Below are positions 9,455-22,152 of a stretch of DNA of 64,000 bases, one piece after another. Source of the stretch: an uncultured Arcobacter sp. (GTDB lineage Bacteria > Campylobacterota > Campylobacteria > Campylobacterales > Arcobacteraceae); the NCBI GenBank assembly GCA_965140705.1, contig OZ223300.1, positions 1,536,001-1,600,000 on the forward strand, written 5' to 3'. The notes under the pieces were generated by a model that saw only the letters and a program-made list of their open reading frames with translations, made no database searches and was not told where the DNA came from. Every line of letters starts with the position of its first letter. Positions within the stretch are counted from its first letter, which is position 1. The position numbers were made by a program, and so were the translations under genes.

Positions 9455-10951
9455 ATGAAAAATTCAGCTGATGTTGAAAAATGGCTAGAAAGACATTCAA
9501 TTGGTAATTATTTTATTTCAAAAGATTTAAAGATAACTGTTCATGGAAACGTGAACTTAAATGGTAAGATAAAAGAATCTAAGCTACCAGTAAAATTTGA
9601 TGTTGTTGATGGATATTTTGATATTAGTCATAATACATTAACTTCACTAGATGGATGTCCAGAGAAAGTAACTGGAGACTTTAATTGCTCACATAATAGT
9701 ATAGAATCTTTACATGGGTCTCCAATAGCAGTTGCTGATTTTAATTGTTCTCATAATAGATTGACTACTCTATCTTATTGTCCAAAAGAGATATTAGGAT
9801 ATATTGATTGTTCAAATAACGAAATTACTTCAATAAAAGGAAGCCCAAGAACTGTAAGAGGCTATTTTAACTGTTCTGAAAATAAAATACATACTTTAAA
9901 AGGTGGACCAAAATATGTGACATTGTATTTTGATTGTTCACATAATATATTAAGAGAGTTAAAAGGTGGTCCAATAACTGTTGGGGAGGATTATATTTGT
10001 AATGGAAATGAGATACAAGATTTAGATGGTATCTCAGATGAAATTGGTTGGGATTTAATAACTGATGTTAGATTGAACCATTTAGTTCATAGTTTTGATG
10101 AAATTACAACTACTTGGAGATACAAAGGTAAAGATGTTGTTGAACACGTTTATAAACCAATTGTTTCTTTACAAAACAAAGAAGATATTGCTAGATGGTT
10201 GCATAAACATGATATAAAAGATTATAAAATATCTGATGATAACTCAGTTACAGTAAATGGAAGAGTTAAGTTAAATGATAGATTAGCAAATCTTTCAAGA
10301 CTTCCTTTGAAGTTTAATGAAATAAATGGTGACTTTGATATTAGTGATAATGAATTAACTTCACTAGAAGGTTGTCCAAGTGTTATAAAAGGTGATTTTT
10401 TAGCTTTCAAAAATGAAATTTATTCTTTAAAAGGTGGACCAAAAGAGGTTCATGGAAATTATGTTATTTTAAAAAACAATATTACAAATTTAAAATATGC
10501 ACCAACAATTGTTAAAGATGATTTTATTTGTTCACATAATCCGATAGATAGTTTAGAAGGATTAAATTTAGTACAAGGTTCTATTTTTACAAATGTTTCT
10601 TTACCTGATTTAAAATCACAAAAATTTGTTTATAATAAAGTAACTACTTATAAATACTCTGGTGATTTGGTATGTGAATATTTAGATAGAATTTATGTAA
10701 CATTAACTGATGAAGAGAAAATTTTTGAAAATACAAGAAAGAAACTCCATAATGGAATTACAAGATTAATAAATACAAATGGATTGAAAAAAGAGATGGT
10801 AACAGATACTTTACTTAAAAATTTAACAAAATATAATCTAAATGATTTAAAAGAAAAAGTACTTTGTATTAGAAATCCAAGTGATATTGATAAAGAAAGA
10901 GAACTAACAGAAAAAGAGCTTTTAAAATTAGCTTTTGATCAAGAACTTTAA
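9455..10951 (+). CDS. Hypothetical protein with two modules of ~21-aa LRR-like repeats
   Basis: Repeats of consensus F-[DN]-CSxNxLxSLxGxPxxVxG; duplicated N-terminal cap. Confidence 0.8.
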   Translation: MKNSADVEKWLERHSIGNYFISKDLKITVHGNVNLNGKIKESKLPVKFDVVDGYFDISHNTLTSLDGCPEKVTGDFNCSHNSIESLHGSPIAVADFNCSHNRLTTLSYCPKEILGYIDCSNNEITSIKGSPRTVRGYFNCSENKIHTLKGGPKYVTLYFDCSHNILRELKGGPITVGEDYICNGNEIQDLDGISDEIGWDLITDVRLNHLVHSFDEITTTWRYKGKDVVEHVYKPIVSLQNKEDIARWLHKHDIKDYKISDDNSVTVNGRVKLNDRLANLSRLPLKFNEINGDFDISDNELTSLEGCPSVIKGDFLAFKNEIYSLKGGPKEVHGNYVILKNNITNLKYAPTIVKDDFICSHNPIDSLEGLNLVQGSIFTNVSLPDLKSQKFVYNKVTTYKYSGDLVCEYLDRIYVTLTDEEKIFENTRKKLHNGITRLINTNGLKKEMVTDTLLKNLTKYNLNDLKEKVLCIRNPSDIDKERELTEKELLKLAFDQEL

Positions 10952-11022
10952 TCGTTTTACTTTCAGTTTAGTTTACTTTAGTTAAAATCGCGAATTACGA
11001 AAACAACAAGTAGGGAAAATAT

Positions 11023-12612
11023 ATGGTTCAAACAGTCAATTTAAAAAAATCATTTGGTGCAAGAGTTTTATTTCAAGATATAAATTTAAAGCTAGATGCA
11101 GGGAAAAGATATGGTTTAATTGGTGCTAATGGTGCTGGTAAAACTACATTCCTAAAAATTTTATCTGGTGAAGAAGAAGCAACAGAGGGTGAAGTACAAG
11201 TTCAAAATGGCAAAAAAGTTGGAACTTTAAGTCAAAATCAATTTGCTTATGAAACATATAGTTTATTTGATACAGTTTTACTTGGAAATAGAAGATTATA
11301 CAATGCTATTAAAGAAAAAGAAAAACTTTATATGGAAGAGTATACTGATGAAATTGGTGAAAAACTAGGTGAGTTGGAAATCATATGTTGTGAAGAAGAC
11401 CCCACATATGAGTATGATGTTAAAATTACTAAAATATTAGAAGAGTTAGGTTTCCCAGCATCAAGTCATAGTGACTTAATGTCAACACTTACAGGTGGAG
11501 ATAAATTTAAAGTTTTATTAGCACAAGTTTTATATCCAAAACCAGATGTATTATTTTTAGATGAGCCAACAAATAACCTTGATATAGAGACAATTGGTTG
11601 GTTAGAGAACCAATTACAACATCATGATGGTACTATGGTTGTTATTTCACATGATAGACACTTCTTAAATGCTGTATGTACTCATATCTTAGATGTTGAC
11701 TATAAACAAATTAGAGAGTTTAGTGGTACTTATGATGATTGGTATATCGCATCTACTTTAATGGCTAAACAACAACAAGCTGATGTAAATAAAAAGCTTA
11801 AAGAGAAAGAAGAGTTAGAAAAATTTATTGCTAGATTTAGTGCAAATGCATCAAAAGCTAGACAAGCAACATCAAGACAAAAACAACTTGATAAGTTAGA
11901 TGTTGGATCTATTCAAGTTTCAAGTAGAAGAGACCCTTCTATTATCTTCAGACAAAAAAGAGAAGTAGGTAAAGAGTTACTTACAGTTAGAAATATCTCT
12001 AAATCATATGATGATAAAGTTGTTTTAAATGATATTTCATTTACTGTTGAAAAAGGTGATAAAATTGCACTTATTGGGCCAAATGGAATTGGTAAAACAA
12101 CTTTATGTGAAATTTTAATGGAAAAAATAAAACCAGATAGTGGTGAAGTTTTTTGGGGAGCAACAATTCAAAATGGATACTTTCCTCAAAATGCAACAGA
12201 TATTATTAAAGGTGAAATGACACTATATGATTGGTTAAGAGATTTTGATAGAGATGCAGATATTTCTGAAATAAGAAACTGTCTTGGTAGAATGTTATTT
12301 AATGGTCAAGAACAAGAGAAAAAAGTAAGTTCTTGTAGTGGGGGAGAGAAACATAGAATGTGGCTTTCAAAAATCATGTTAGAACAACCAAATTTTATGG
12401 TACTTGATGAACCAACAAACCACTTAGACCTTGAAGCAATTATTGCTTTAGGTGAAGGACTTTTAGAATATCCTGGTTCTGTTATTTGTGTATCACACGA
12501 TAGGGAATTACTTGATGCTTATGCAAATAGAATTATTGAAATCCAAAGTGATGGATCTATTGTAGATTTTAAAGGTACTTACGAAGAGTATATTGAATCA
12601 AAAGAAGCTTAG
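11023..12612 (+). CDS. ABC-F family ATP-binding protein (YbiT-like)
   Basis: Two ABC domains (GANGAGKT, GPNGIGKT, LDEPTN twice), no transmembrane segments. Confidence 0.92.
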   Translation: MVQTVNLKKSFGARVLFQDINLKLDAGKRYGLIGANGAGKTTFLKILSGEEEATEGEVQVQNGKKVGTLSQNQFAYETYSLFDTVLLGNRRLYNAIKEKEKLYMEEYTDEIGEKLGELEIICCEEDPTYEYDVKITKILEELGFPASSHSDLMSTLTGGDKFKVLLAQVLYPKPDVLFLDEPTNNLDIETIGWLENQLQHHDGTMVVISHDRHFLNAVCTHILDVDYKQIREFSGTYDDWYIASTLMAKQQQADVNKKLKEKEELEKFIARFSANASKARQATSRQKQLDKLDVGSIQVSSRRDPSIIFRQKREVGKELLTVRNISKSYDDKVVLNDISFTVEKGDKIALIGPNGIGKTTLCEILMEKIKPDSGEVFWGATIQNGYFPQNATDIIKGEMTLYDWLRDFDRDADISEIRNCLGRMLFNGQEQEKKVSSCSGGEKHRMWLSKIMLEQPNFMVLDEPTNHLDLEAIIALGEGLLEYPGSVICVSHDRELLDAYANRIIEIQSDGSIVDFKGTYEEYIESKEA

Positions 12613-12623
12613 GCTTCTTTTGA
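12598..12623. terminator. Bidirectional terminator hairpin
   Basis: TCAAAAGAAGC-TTAG-GCTTCTTTTGA between convergent genes. Confidence 0.75.
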
Positions 12624-12627
12624 AAAA

Positions 12628-13113
12628 CTAATAAATAGTTTTTAATGCATGTTTTGAAGACATTCTTAGCTCTCTTCTTTTGATAGCATCGTTATATCTT
12701 CTTTTTTCATCTTCAGTTATAGGTTCTAGTTTTGGGACTGGTAATGGCTCCCAATTTTCATCAACTGCTACCATTGTAAAATAACATACATTTGTATTTT
12801 TTATTGTATGGTCTTTTATATCTTCAGAAATGACTTTTATACCAATTTCCATAGACGTTCTTCCAACATAATTTACAGATGCATGAAATGTAACTAATGA
12901 ACCTATTTTGATAGGATCTTTAAATAAAACCATATCAACAGACAAAGTTACTGCATATCCCCCTGAATATCTAGCTGCACATGCATATGCGACATGATCT
13001 AACATTTTTAGAATCTCACCACCATGTACATTCTTCCCACTAAAATTAGCTTTATCAGGTGTCATTAACATAGTCATTGTAAGAGATTTTTCACCTTTTA
13101 CTGTATTACTCAT
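12628..13113 (-). CDS. Acyl-CoA thioesterase (hotdog fold, YciA-like)
   Basis: ANFSGKNVHGGEILKMLD, VGRTSMEIGI, YFTMVAVD. Confidence 0.9.
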   Translation of the reverse strand: MSNTVKGEKSLTMTMLMTPDKANFSGKNVHGGEILKMLDHVAYACAARYSGGYAVTLSVDMVLFKDPIKIGSLVTFHASVNYVGRTSMEIGIKVISEDIKDHTIKNTNVCYFTMVAVDENWEPLPVPKLEPITEDEKRRYNDAIKRRELRMSSKHALKTIY

Positions 13114-13235
13114 ATATAACCTTTGTAAAATATCTTTTAATTATAGACTAAATATATATAAATTTATAATAAAAACTTATATTAAGAGAGTTCAAAATTT
13201 AAAAATTTATAAAAAAGTAACACTTGGTAAATATT

Positions 13236-15897
<2,662 letters not shown>

Positions 15898-15959
15898 AAG
15901 AAATTATATCATTTTAAACTAATATTTTTTTTGATATAATTTCCCACTATGGAGAAAAT

Positions 15960-16301
15960 ATGAGTTATTTAGATATTTGTATATTAGGTTGGAACTTAAA
16001 TGCTTTAATGTTTGTCATTAATTTATTTCTTGCTATAAAAGTAATAAGAGCGACTGATGTTGAAGTAATACAAGAACAAACTAGACTATTAGAAGAATTA
16101 AAATTTGAATTCGATAAGTACTACCCAAATAGAAAATTGGAGATATCAATTTCATATGCTGTTCCATTTACTGCATTTTTTAGAATGTCATTAAGAATTC
16201 TTGAAATGATTTTTTTCTTTACAAAAAATAAAAATACTACTATGTATGATTTTATGGTTTATAAATATTCATACGATATCCAAAAAGCTAAATCCAAATA
16301 G
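15960..16301 (+). CDS. Hypothetical membrane protein
   Basis: GGAG RBS, TATAAT upstream, hydrophobic N-terminus. Confidence 0.7.
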   Translation: MSYLDICILGWNLNALMFVINLFLAIKVIRATDVEVIQEQTRLLEELKFEFDKYYPNRKLEISISYAVPFTAFFRMSLRILEMIFFFTKNKNTTMYDFMVYKYSYDIQKAKSK

Positions 16302-16330
16302 TATTTAGTAAATCTCTTTTTTAAATAAAT

Positions 16331-16405
<75 letters not shown>

Positions 16406-16538
16406 TACAAATTACTACATTATTTTTAAGATTTACAAATACTACCAAAGAATCTGAAGAGTGGTTTTATTCTGAAAAGAAAACTTTAGGAAGATACTTA
16501 GAAAGATTAGAATAGATCTTTGCTTTAAAAATCAAAAA

Positions 16539-16571
16539 TGCAAGTTTTATGACAGCCTTTAATGGTATAAT
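16539..16571 (+). promoter_or_regulatory. Shared tct box TGCAAGTTTTATGACAGC plus extended -10 (TGgTATAAT) of usp-tctDE
   Basis: Same 18-mer and 9-nt spacing to the -10 as upstream of both tctC genes. Confidence 0.75.
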
Positions 16572-16600
16572 TAACAATATATTTTCTTAAAGGATTTTTT

Positions 16601-17449
16601 ATGATTTACAAAAAAATGTTTTTTCCTATTGGTGGTGGTGAAGAGTTAAAAGAGAGATTATTTGCAGCTTTATTAATTGCAAAATATTTTAATGCAAATT
16701 TAGAAATTTTAAAATGTTTACATGATAGCGGTAAAAAAATGTATAAAAATTTAGGCATTTCTAGTCATATAATGAAAGAAATTGATGATGTAATTGCTTT
16801 AAAAGCAAAAGAAGAATCAATTGAATTTGAAAAATCTCTTATAGAAATTGGAAAAATTGTTGGAATGGAAGTCTCAACTACTCCAATTCCAAATAAAGTC
16901 CATGCACTTTTGACTGTAAAAGAGGGGAATAGAAGTCTTTTAGTTGAAGAAGAGTCTAAATTTTGTGATATTGTAATTGCGGCTGCTCCTCCATCTGGAA
17001 TTGCAACTGCCACTTTTGAAACATCAGTGTTAAAAAGTGGGAAACCTGTTCTTATGTTTCCACGAACAATGAAAACATTTAATACAAAATCAATACTTAT
17101 TGGTTGGAATAATACAGTTGAGTCATCACGAGCTATAACTGCCTCTATTGAATTACTTAAACAAGCTGAAAGAGTGCAAATCGTCTCTTCAGATGAATAT
17201 AGTGGTGATATGATAAAAATTAATCAATTAATTGATTATCTTAAATTTCACGATATTGAAGCTAGTTATAAAATTGTAGAAACAACAAGAATACCTGGAC
17301 AAGCGTTATTAAATGCTGCACTTGATGGAAACTTTGACTTAATAGTTGCAGGTGCTTATGGTCATAAAGGATTAAGAGAACTTATGTTTGGTGGTGCTAC
17401 TAGATATTTATTAGAACATTCTACTTTACCAGTATTTATGTCTCACTAG
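16601..17449 (+). CDS. Universal stress protein (tandem USP)
   Basis: SGKPVL, IGWNNTVESSRA, DLIVAGAYGHKGLRELMFGGATRYLL...PVFMSH. Confidence 0.9.
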   Translation: MIYKKMFFPIGGGEELKERLFAALLIAKYFNANLEILKCLHDSGKKMYKNLGISSHIMKEIDDVIALKAKEESIEFEKSLIEIGKIVGMEVSTTPIPNKVHALLTVKEGNRSLLVEEESKFCDIVIAAAPPSGIATATFETSVLKSGKPVLMFPRTMKTFNTKSILIGWNNTVESSRAITASIELLKQAERVQIVSSDEYSGDMIKINQLIDYLKFHDIEASYKIVETTRIPGQALLNAALDGNFDLIVAGAYGHKGLRELMFGGATRYLLEHSTLPVFMSH

Positions 17450-17468
17450 ATTAGTGTAAAATATTTCT

Positions 17469-18128
17469 ATGAAAATATTATTACTTGAAGATAATAAAAC
17501 ATTAGCAAAGGGAATATTTAATAAATTAGAGCAATATGGATATATAATAGACCTCTTCTATGATGGAGAGGAGGGTCTATATTCTTTAAAAACCTATAAT
17601 TATGACCTTTTAATTTTGGACTTGGGCTTACCAAGTTTAGATGGGATTGATATTATAAAAGACTTAAGAAATTCTCAAAAAGATATTCCTATATTAATCA
17701 TTTCTGCTAGAGATAAACTTGACCAGAGAATTTTAGGATTGGATAGTGGGGCAGATGATTATCTATGTAAACCCTTTGATCTTGATGAAGTAATAGCTAG
17801 GGTTCAAGCATTATTAAGAAGAAGCAAAAATCAGCTTTCTAAGTTAATTAAGTATAAAGATTTAGAATATAATTCTTTATCTAAAACAGTAACTAAAGAT
17901 GATGTAGTTATAGAATTAAGTAAAAGAGAGATAAATATCTTTGAACATATGTTATTAAATCTAAATAATGTAGTTAGTAAGGAGAATATAGTAGACCATA
18001 TTACTTCTTTTGATGATGATTTTAACCCAACTGCTGTTGAAACTTATGTTTCAAGACTAAGAAAAAAACTAGGAGATTCTATCAATTTAAAAACAGTTAG
18101 AGGCTTAGGGTATATACTTAATTCATAA
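17469..18128 (+). CDS. tctD: OmpR-family response regulator (TctD-like)
   Basis: REC domain (LDLGLP, GADDYLCKPF) and winged HTH (AVETYVSRLRKKL, TVRGLGY); adjacent to tct genes. Confidence 0.8.
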   Translation: MKILLLEDNKTLAKGIFNKLEQYGYIIDLFYDGEEGLYSLKTYNYDLLILDLGLPSLDGIDIIKDLRNSQKDIPILIISARDKLDQRILGLDSGADDYLCKPFDLDEVIARVQALLRRSKNQLSKLIKYKDLEYNSLSKTVTKDDVVIELSKREINIFEHMLLNLNNVVSKENIVDHITSFDDDFNPTAVETYVSRLRKKLGDSINLKTVRGLGYILNS

Positions 18129-19495
18129 TGGAAAAAAATAATACACAATCTATTAGTTCCCGTTTAGTTATTTGGCTAACTATTCCTTTAATAATCTTTT
18201 CTATTTTACTATTTTCTGTTATCTATTTTTTCGTAAATGAAAAAGTAAATAAATTTTATGATAATAATTTATATGCTACTGGTAAAAGTATGGAAGATAG
18301 TATTGGTATTAGAGATGGACATTTGTTAGTTGATTTACCTTACTTTGCAATTGATTTATTATCTTCTAATAATGAAGGTTCAGTTTTTTATTCTATTATT
18401 GATGAAAGAAATAAATTACTTGTGGGATATAAAGGTTTAGTCAATAAAAATATTTTAGGGAATAAAGATAAAGTTTTTTATAATACATCTTTTGCTGCGG
18501 CTCAATTAAGAGCTGTATCCTTTAAAGTAACTATTGTAAATTTTGGTAAGAAACATAAAGCAATAATAACTGTTGGAGAAACTTTAGAGGGAAGGATATC
18601 TGCAATTAATGATATTTTAATTGTATTACTTATTTTAATGGGAGTAGTTATTACTTCAACATTAGTTATCTCTTTTATTGCAGTTAGAAAAGGTCTTAGA
18701 CCTCTATATAATTTACAAAATATAATAAAAAAACGAGATTTAAAAGATTTATCTCCCATAAAGTTTGATGCACCAAAAGAGATTGAAGAGGTATTAAATA
18801 GTATTAATATTCTTTTAGAAAGAAGTAGAAATAATATTAAATACATAGAGCATTTTAATTCAGATGTTTCCCATCAATTAAGGACTCCATTAGCAGAGCT
18901 AAGGGTTAAAGTAGAATTACTTTATAAAAAAGATGAAAAAGAATATATCTCTTTTATGAAACTTCTAGATTCTATGAGTCATATAACTGAACAGCTTCTA
19001 CTTTATGCTAAAACTAATCCAAACTCAATTAATATCAATAGATTCAAGAAAATAAATTTAACACAAATGTGTAAAGAATACGCCCTTAAAACAGCTCCTA
19101 GAGTTTATGCAAGAGGTTTTGAATTTGCATATGAAAATTTTGATAAAGATATATTTATTAATGCTGATTCAATTTTATTAGAAAGTATGTTAGACAATAT
19201 TATCAATAATGCTTTATATTATGCAGTTGATGAAAAAAATAATCCAATGGGAACTATAAGTATAAATATTAAAAGACATAATAATACTATTTGGTTAAAT
19301 GTAAAAGATGAAGGCTATGGTTTAAATACTAAAGATTTAAATCATATTTTTGATAGATTTTACAGAGTAGATTCAAATAAAAAAGGTAATGGATTGGGAT
19401 TAAGTATTGTTAAGCAAATTGCACAGTTACATAATGCAACTGTGCAAGCTTCCAACGATAAAGGATTAGTTATTTCTATAATCTTTCCTTTATAA
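18128..19495 (+). CDS. tctE: Sensor histidine kinase (TctE-like)
   Basis: Two TM segments, VDLPYFAIDLL periplasmic motif, SHQLRTPL H-box, GNGLGLSIV. Confidence 0.8.
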   Translation: MEKNNTQSISSRLVIWLTIPLIIFSILLFSVIYFFVNEKVNKFYDNNLYATGKSMEDSIGIRDGHLLVDLPYFAIDLLSSNNEGSVFYSIIDERNKLLVGYKGLVNKNILGNKDKVFYNTSFAAAQLRAVSFKVTIVNFGKKHKAIITVGETLEGRISAINDILIVLLILMGVVITSTLVISFIAVRKGLRPLYNLQNIIKKRDLKDLSPIKFDAPKEIEEVLNSINILLERSRNNIKYIEHFNSDVSHQLRTPLAELRVKVELLYKKDEKEYISFMKLLDSMSHITEQLLLYAKTNPNSININRFKKINLTQMCKEYALKTAPRVYARGFEFAYENFDKDIFINADSILLESMLDNIINNALYYAVDEKNNPMGTISINIKRHNNTIWLNVKDEGYGLNTKDLNHIFDRFYRVDSNKKGNGLGLSIVKQIAQLHNATVQASNDKGLVISIIFPL

Positions 19496-19509
19496 AAAAG
19501 TAACTATTT

Positions 19510-20508
19510 TTATTCTTTTACTAAATATGAATAAGATTTGAAAATATCAAATGATTCTCGAATTAAACGATTTGATTCTTCAGGACCTGTCCATGTATAA
19601 CCAATTTGATTTGATTTTAAAAATTTTTGAACATCTTTTCTAGCTAAAGTTCTTTTTATAGCATTAGTCAATTTTTCATATCTCTTTGGATATTTTTCTT
19701 TAAACTCTTTTCTAACAGCAAATCCTCTTGTAGAACCATTGAATACTGGAACTTGAAATCCTAAAGGTTCAATTGCTTCATTTAATGTTGGAGCATCCCA
19801 TTGTTTTACTCTTTTATCTTTTACAATAGCCAAAGGTTTGATAAATTCTTTAATAGTTTCACTTCCTTGTGCGGAAATTGCTATTAAATCAACTTGTCCA
19901 CCAGCGATTGCTGTTCTTGCTTTACCTCCACTATTATATACAACAAGATTCAAATTTTCTTGAGGTATATTATATTTATCTAGCATAAGTTTTAAGAGCA
20001 ATTGTCCTACTGAACCTTGAAAAACAGCAGCTTTTATAGTTTTTGGATGATTTTTAATTGCATTTAAAATTTCAACCATGCTGTTATATTTTGAGTTTTT
20101 ATTTACAGCAAATAATTCAAAATCAAGCCATTGTACGTTGATAAAATCAAAATCACTTATTTTGTATTTTGCACCACCTGTTAAAATTGTATTAGCTAAA
20201 AATGGTGAGAAAGTTGAGGCAAATACCGTATATCCATCAGCAGGTTTTTTTAATACATAATTAGCAGCAATTTGTGTACTTGCTCCTTTTTTATTAAAAA
20301 CTTTGATTGGAGTATTTAACTCATCTGATAAAAAAGTAGACATTGATCTTGTCATTCTATCGGCACTTCCCCCAATACCGAAACCTACAACAAAATTAAT
20401 TGGTTTATTAGGATATTCATCTGCTTGTAAACTTGTAGCAAATAAATTTATTCCTAATGTTAAAATTACAGCAGATTTAATTGCTGATTTAATCATTACT
20501 TTATACAT
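19510..20508 (-). CDS. tctC: Tripartite tricarboxylate transporter substrate-binding protein (TctC/Bug), copy 2
   Basis: Signal peptide, YPNKPINFVVGFGIGGSAD, PADGYT. Confidence 0.88.
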   Translation of the reverse strand: MYKVMIKSAIKSAVILTLGINLFATSLQADEYPNKPINFVVGFGIGGSADRMTRSMSTFLSDELNTPIKVFNKKGASTQIAANYVLKKPADGYTVFASTFSPFLANTILTGGAKYKISDFDFINVQWLDFELFAVNKNSKYNSMVEILNAIKNHPKTIKAAVFQGSVGQLLLKLMLDKYNIPQENLNLVVYNSGGKARTAIAGGQVDLIAISAQGSETIKEFIKPLAIVKDKRVKQWDAPTLNEAIEPLGFQVPVFNGSTRGFAVRKEFKEKYPKRYEKLTNAIKRTLARKDVQKFLKSNQIGYTWTGPEESNRLIRESFDIFKSYSYLVKE

Positions 20509-20535
20509 ATAACTCCTTTATTATTAGTATTTAAG

Positions 20536-20568
20536 ATTTTAACAAATAAAGCTGTCGTGAAACTTGCA
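20536..20568 (-). promoter_or_regulatory. Shared tct box TGCAAGTTTCACGACAGC plus extended -10 (TGtTAAAAT) of tctC copy 2
   Basis: Box at 20551-20568, -10 at 20536-20541, 9-nt spacer. Confidence 0.75.
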
Positions 20569-20600
20569 AATAGGATTAGAAAAAGATAAAAAAAGAAGAG

Positions 20601-20629
20601 TTACACAGTTAATTTATATAACTGTGTAA
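20601..20629 (-). terminator. Terminator after tctA
   Basis: TTACACAGTTA-N7-TAACTGTGTAA followed on the minus strand by a pyrimidine/T-rich tract. Confidence 0.7.
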
Positions 20630-20641
20630 ATTAAAATTATA

Positions 20642-22144
20642 CTATTTAGCTTTTTTAGTTAATTTTTCAATTAATTTAGAACCAAATAAAGAGAAAACCA
20701 ATAAAACTAAGATAGCAATAGTAATTGGTCTTTGAAGAATATATGAAAATTCTCCACCTGATATTTGTAATGTTTGAACAAGTGAACCTTCAGCCATTTT
20801 CCCCAATAACATACCAATTACTGCTGCTGGTACTGAAAAATTGTATCTTCTAAAAACCCAACCAACTAGTGCAAATACTAAAACAGTAGCAGGTCCTGAC
20901 ATATTTCCTGTCAATCCAAATGCTCCAGCTGTTGCTAAAACTAAAACAGATGGTACAAGATAAGTCATCTTAACTTTAATAATTGAAGCTAATACTGGTA
21001 TTAATAGAAGCCCTAATATTATTAATAAAAATGCTTGTGCAAAGTTTGCAAATATAATTGCATACACAACATCCATCTGTTCTCTAATAAATTGTGGACC
21101 ACCTGTAATATTATGCATAGCAAAGGCAGCTAACATAACAGCAGTTGCACCACCCCCTGGAATACCAAGAGCTAAAAGTGTAGCCATAGAACCAGCTTCT
21201 GATGTACTATTTGCAGATTCTGAAGCAATAACTCCTTTAGGGTTTCCTTTCCCATAACTATCTGGATCTTTATCTCTTCTTTTAGTCTCTATATAAGATA
21301 AAAGATTTGATACTGATGAACCAACACCTGGAACAGCACCAATAATTACACCAATTAAACTTCCTCTTATTAAAATAACAGGATAAGAAAATGCTTTTTT
21401 AAAGCCTTTTACAATGTATGAAATTCTTACTTTTCTTTGACTTTCATCTTCAACTAAAAATTCAGATTTAACTAGTTTAAATAACTCTGAAGCTGCAAAC
21501 ATACCCATCATTGCTGGAATTACAGGAATACCGTCTGCTAAGATTTCTAAGCCCATTGTTCCTCTTAAAATACCATTATCACTAAATCCTATAGTACCAA
21601 CTAATAAACCTACAAGTCCTGCAATAAGTCCTTTTATAACATGTTTCCCTGTTAAACTAGCAATCAAAGTAAGCCCCCATAATATAACAATAAACATTTC
21701 AGAAGGACCTAGTTTTAAAACAAAAAGTGACATAGGTTTTATTAAAAAGAAAAGTAAAATATATCCTAGCAATACACCAAAAGTAGAAGAACCAAGTGCT
21801 AGACCTAATGCTTCATTATGTTCACCTTTTCTTGCCATTGGATAACCATCAAAAGAAGTAGCAATAGCTGAGGAAGTTCCTGGTATATTCATGAGTATAG
21901 CAGGAACGCCAGCTCCAAATCCACTACCTGTAAATATTGCAGTTAAAAATAACATTGCTTGTAAAAAATCCATATACATAGTCATTGGCAAGAATATCGC
22001 CATTGCCATTGATGTTTGTAATCCAGGAGTTGCACCAAAAAACAATCCAATAATAATACCAGGTATTACAACTAACCAGTATTGTGGTTCTGAAAAGAGT
22101 AGGGCAACTGCTTGTTGCGCTGAATCTAAATTAACTATATCCAT
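20642..22144 (-). CDS. tctA: Tripartite tricarboxylate transporter large permease TctA
   Basis: GATPGL, AILMNIPGT, DGYPMARKG, ESANS, LLALGIPG. Confidence 0.93.
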   Translation of the reverse strand: MDIVNLDSAQQAVALLFSEPQYWLVVIPGIIIGLFFGATPGLQTSMAMAIFLPMTMYMDFLQAMLFLTAIFTGSGFGAGVPAILMNIPGTSSAIATSFDGYPMARKGEHNEALGLALGSSTFGVLLGYILLFFLIKPMSLFVLKLGPSEMFIVILWGLTLIASLTGKHVIKGLIAGLVGLLVGTIGFSDNGILRGTMGLEILADGIPVIPAMMGMFAASELFKLVKSEFLVEDESQRKVRISYIVKGFKKAFSYPVILIRGSLIGVIIGAVPGVGSSVSNLLSYIETKRRDKDPDSYGKGNPKGVIASESANSTSEAGSMATLLALGIPGGGATAVMLAAFAMHNITGGPQFIREQMDVVYAIIFANFAQAFLLIILGLLLIPVLASIIKVKMTYLVPSVLVLATAGAFGLTGNMSGPATVLVFALVGWVFRRYNFSVPAAVIGMLLGKMAEGSLVQTLQISGGEFSYILQRPITIAILVLLVFSLFGSKLIEKLTKKAK

Positions 22145-22152
22145 CTTTCTTC

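Noticed and set aside
9455..10951. CRISPR array or DNA tandem repeat / diversity-generating template
   Set aside because: Repeats are visible only at protein level and diverged in DNA; no reverse transcriptase or cas genes in the window
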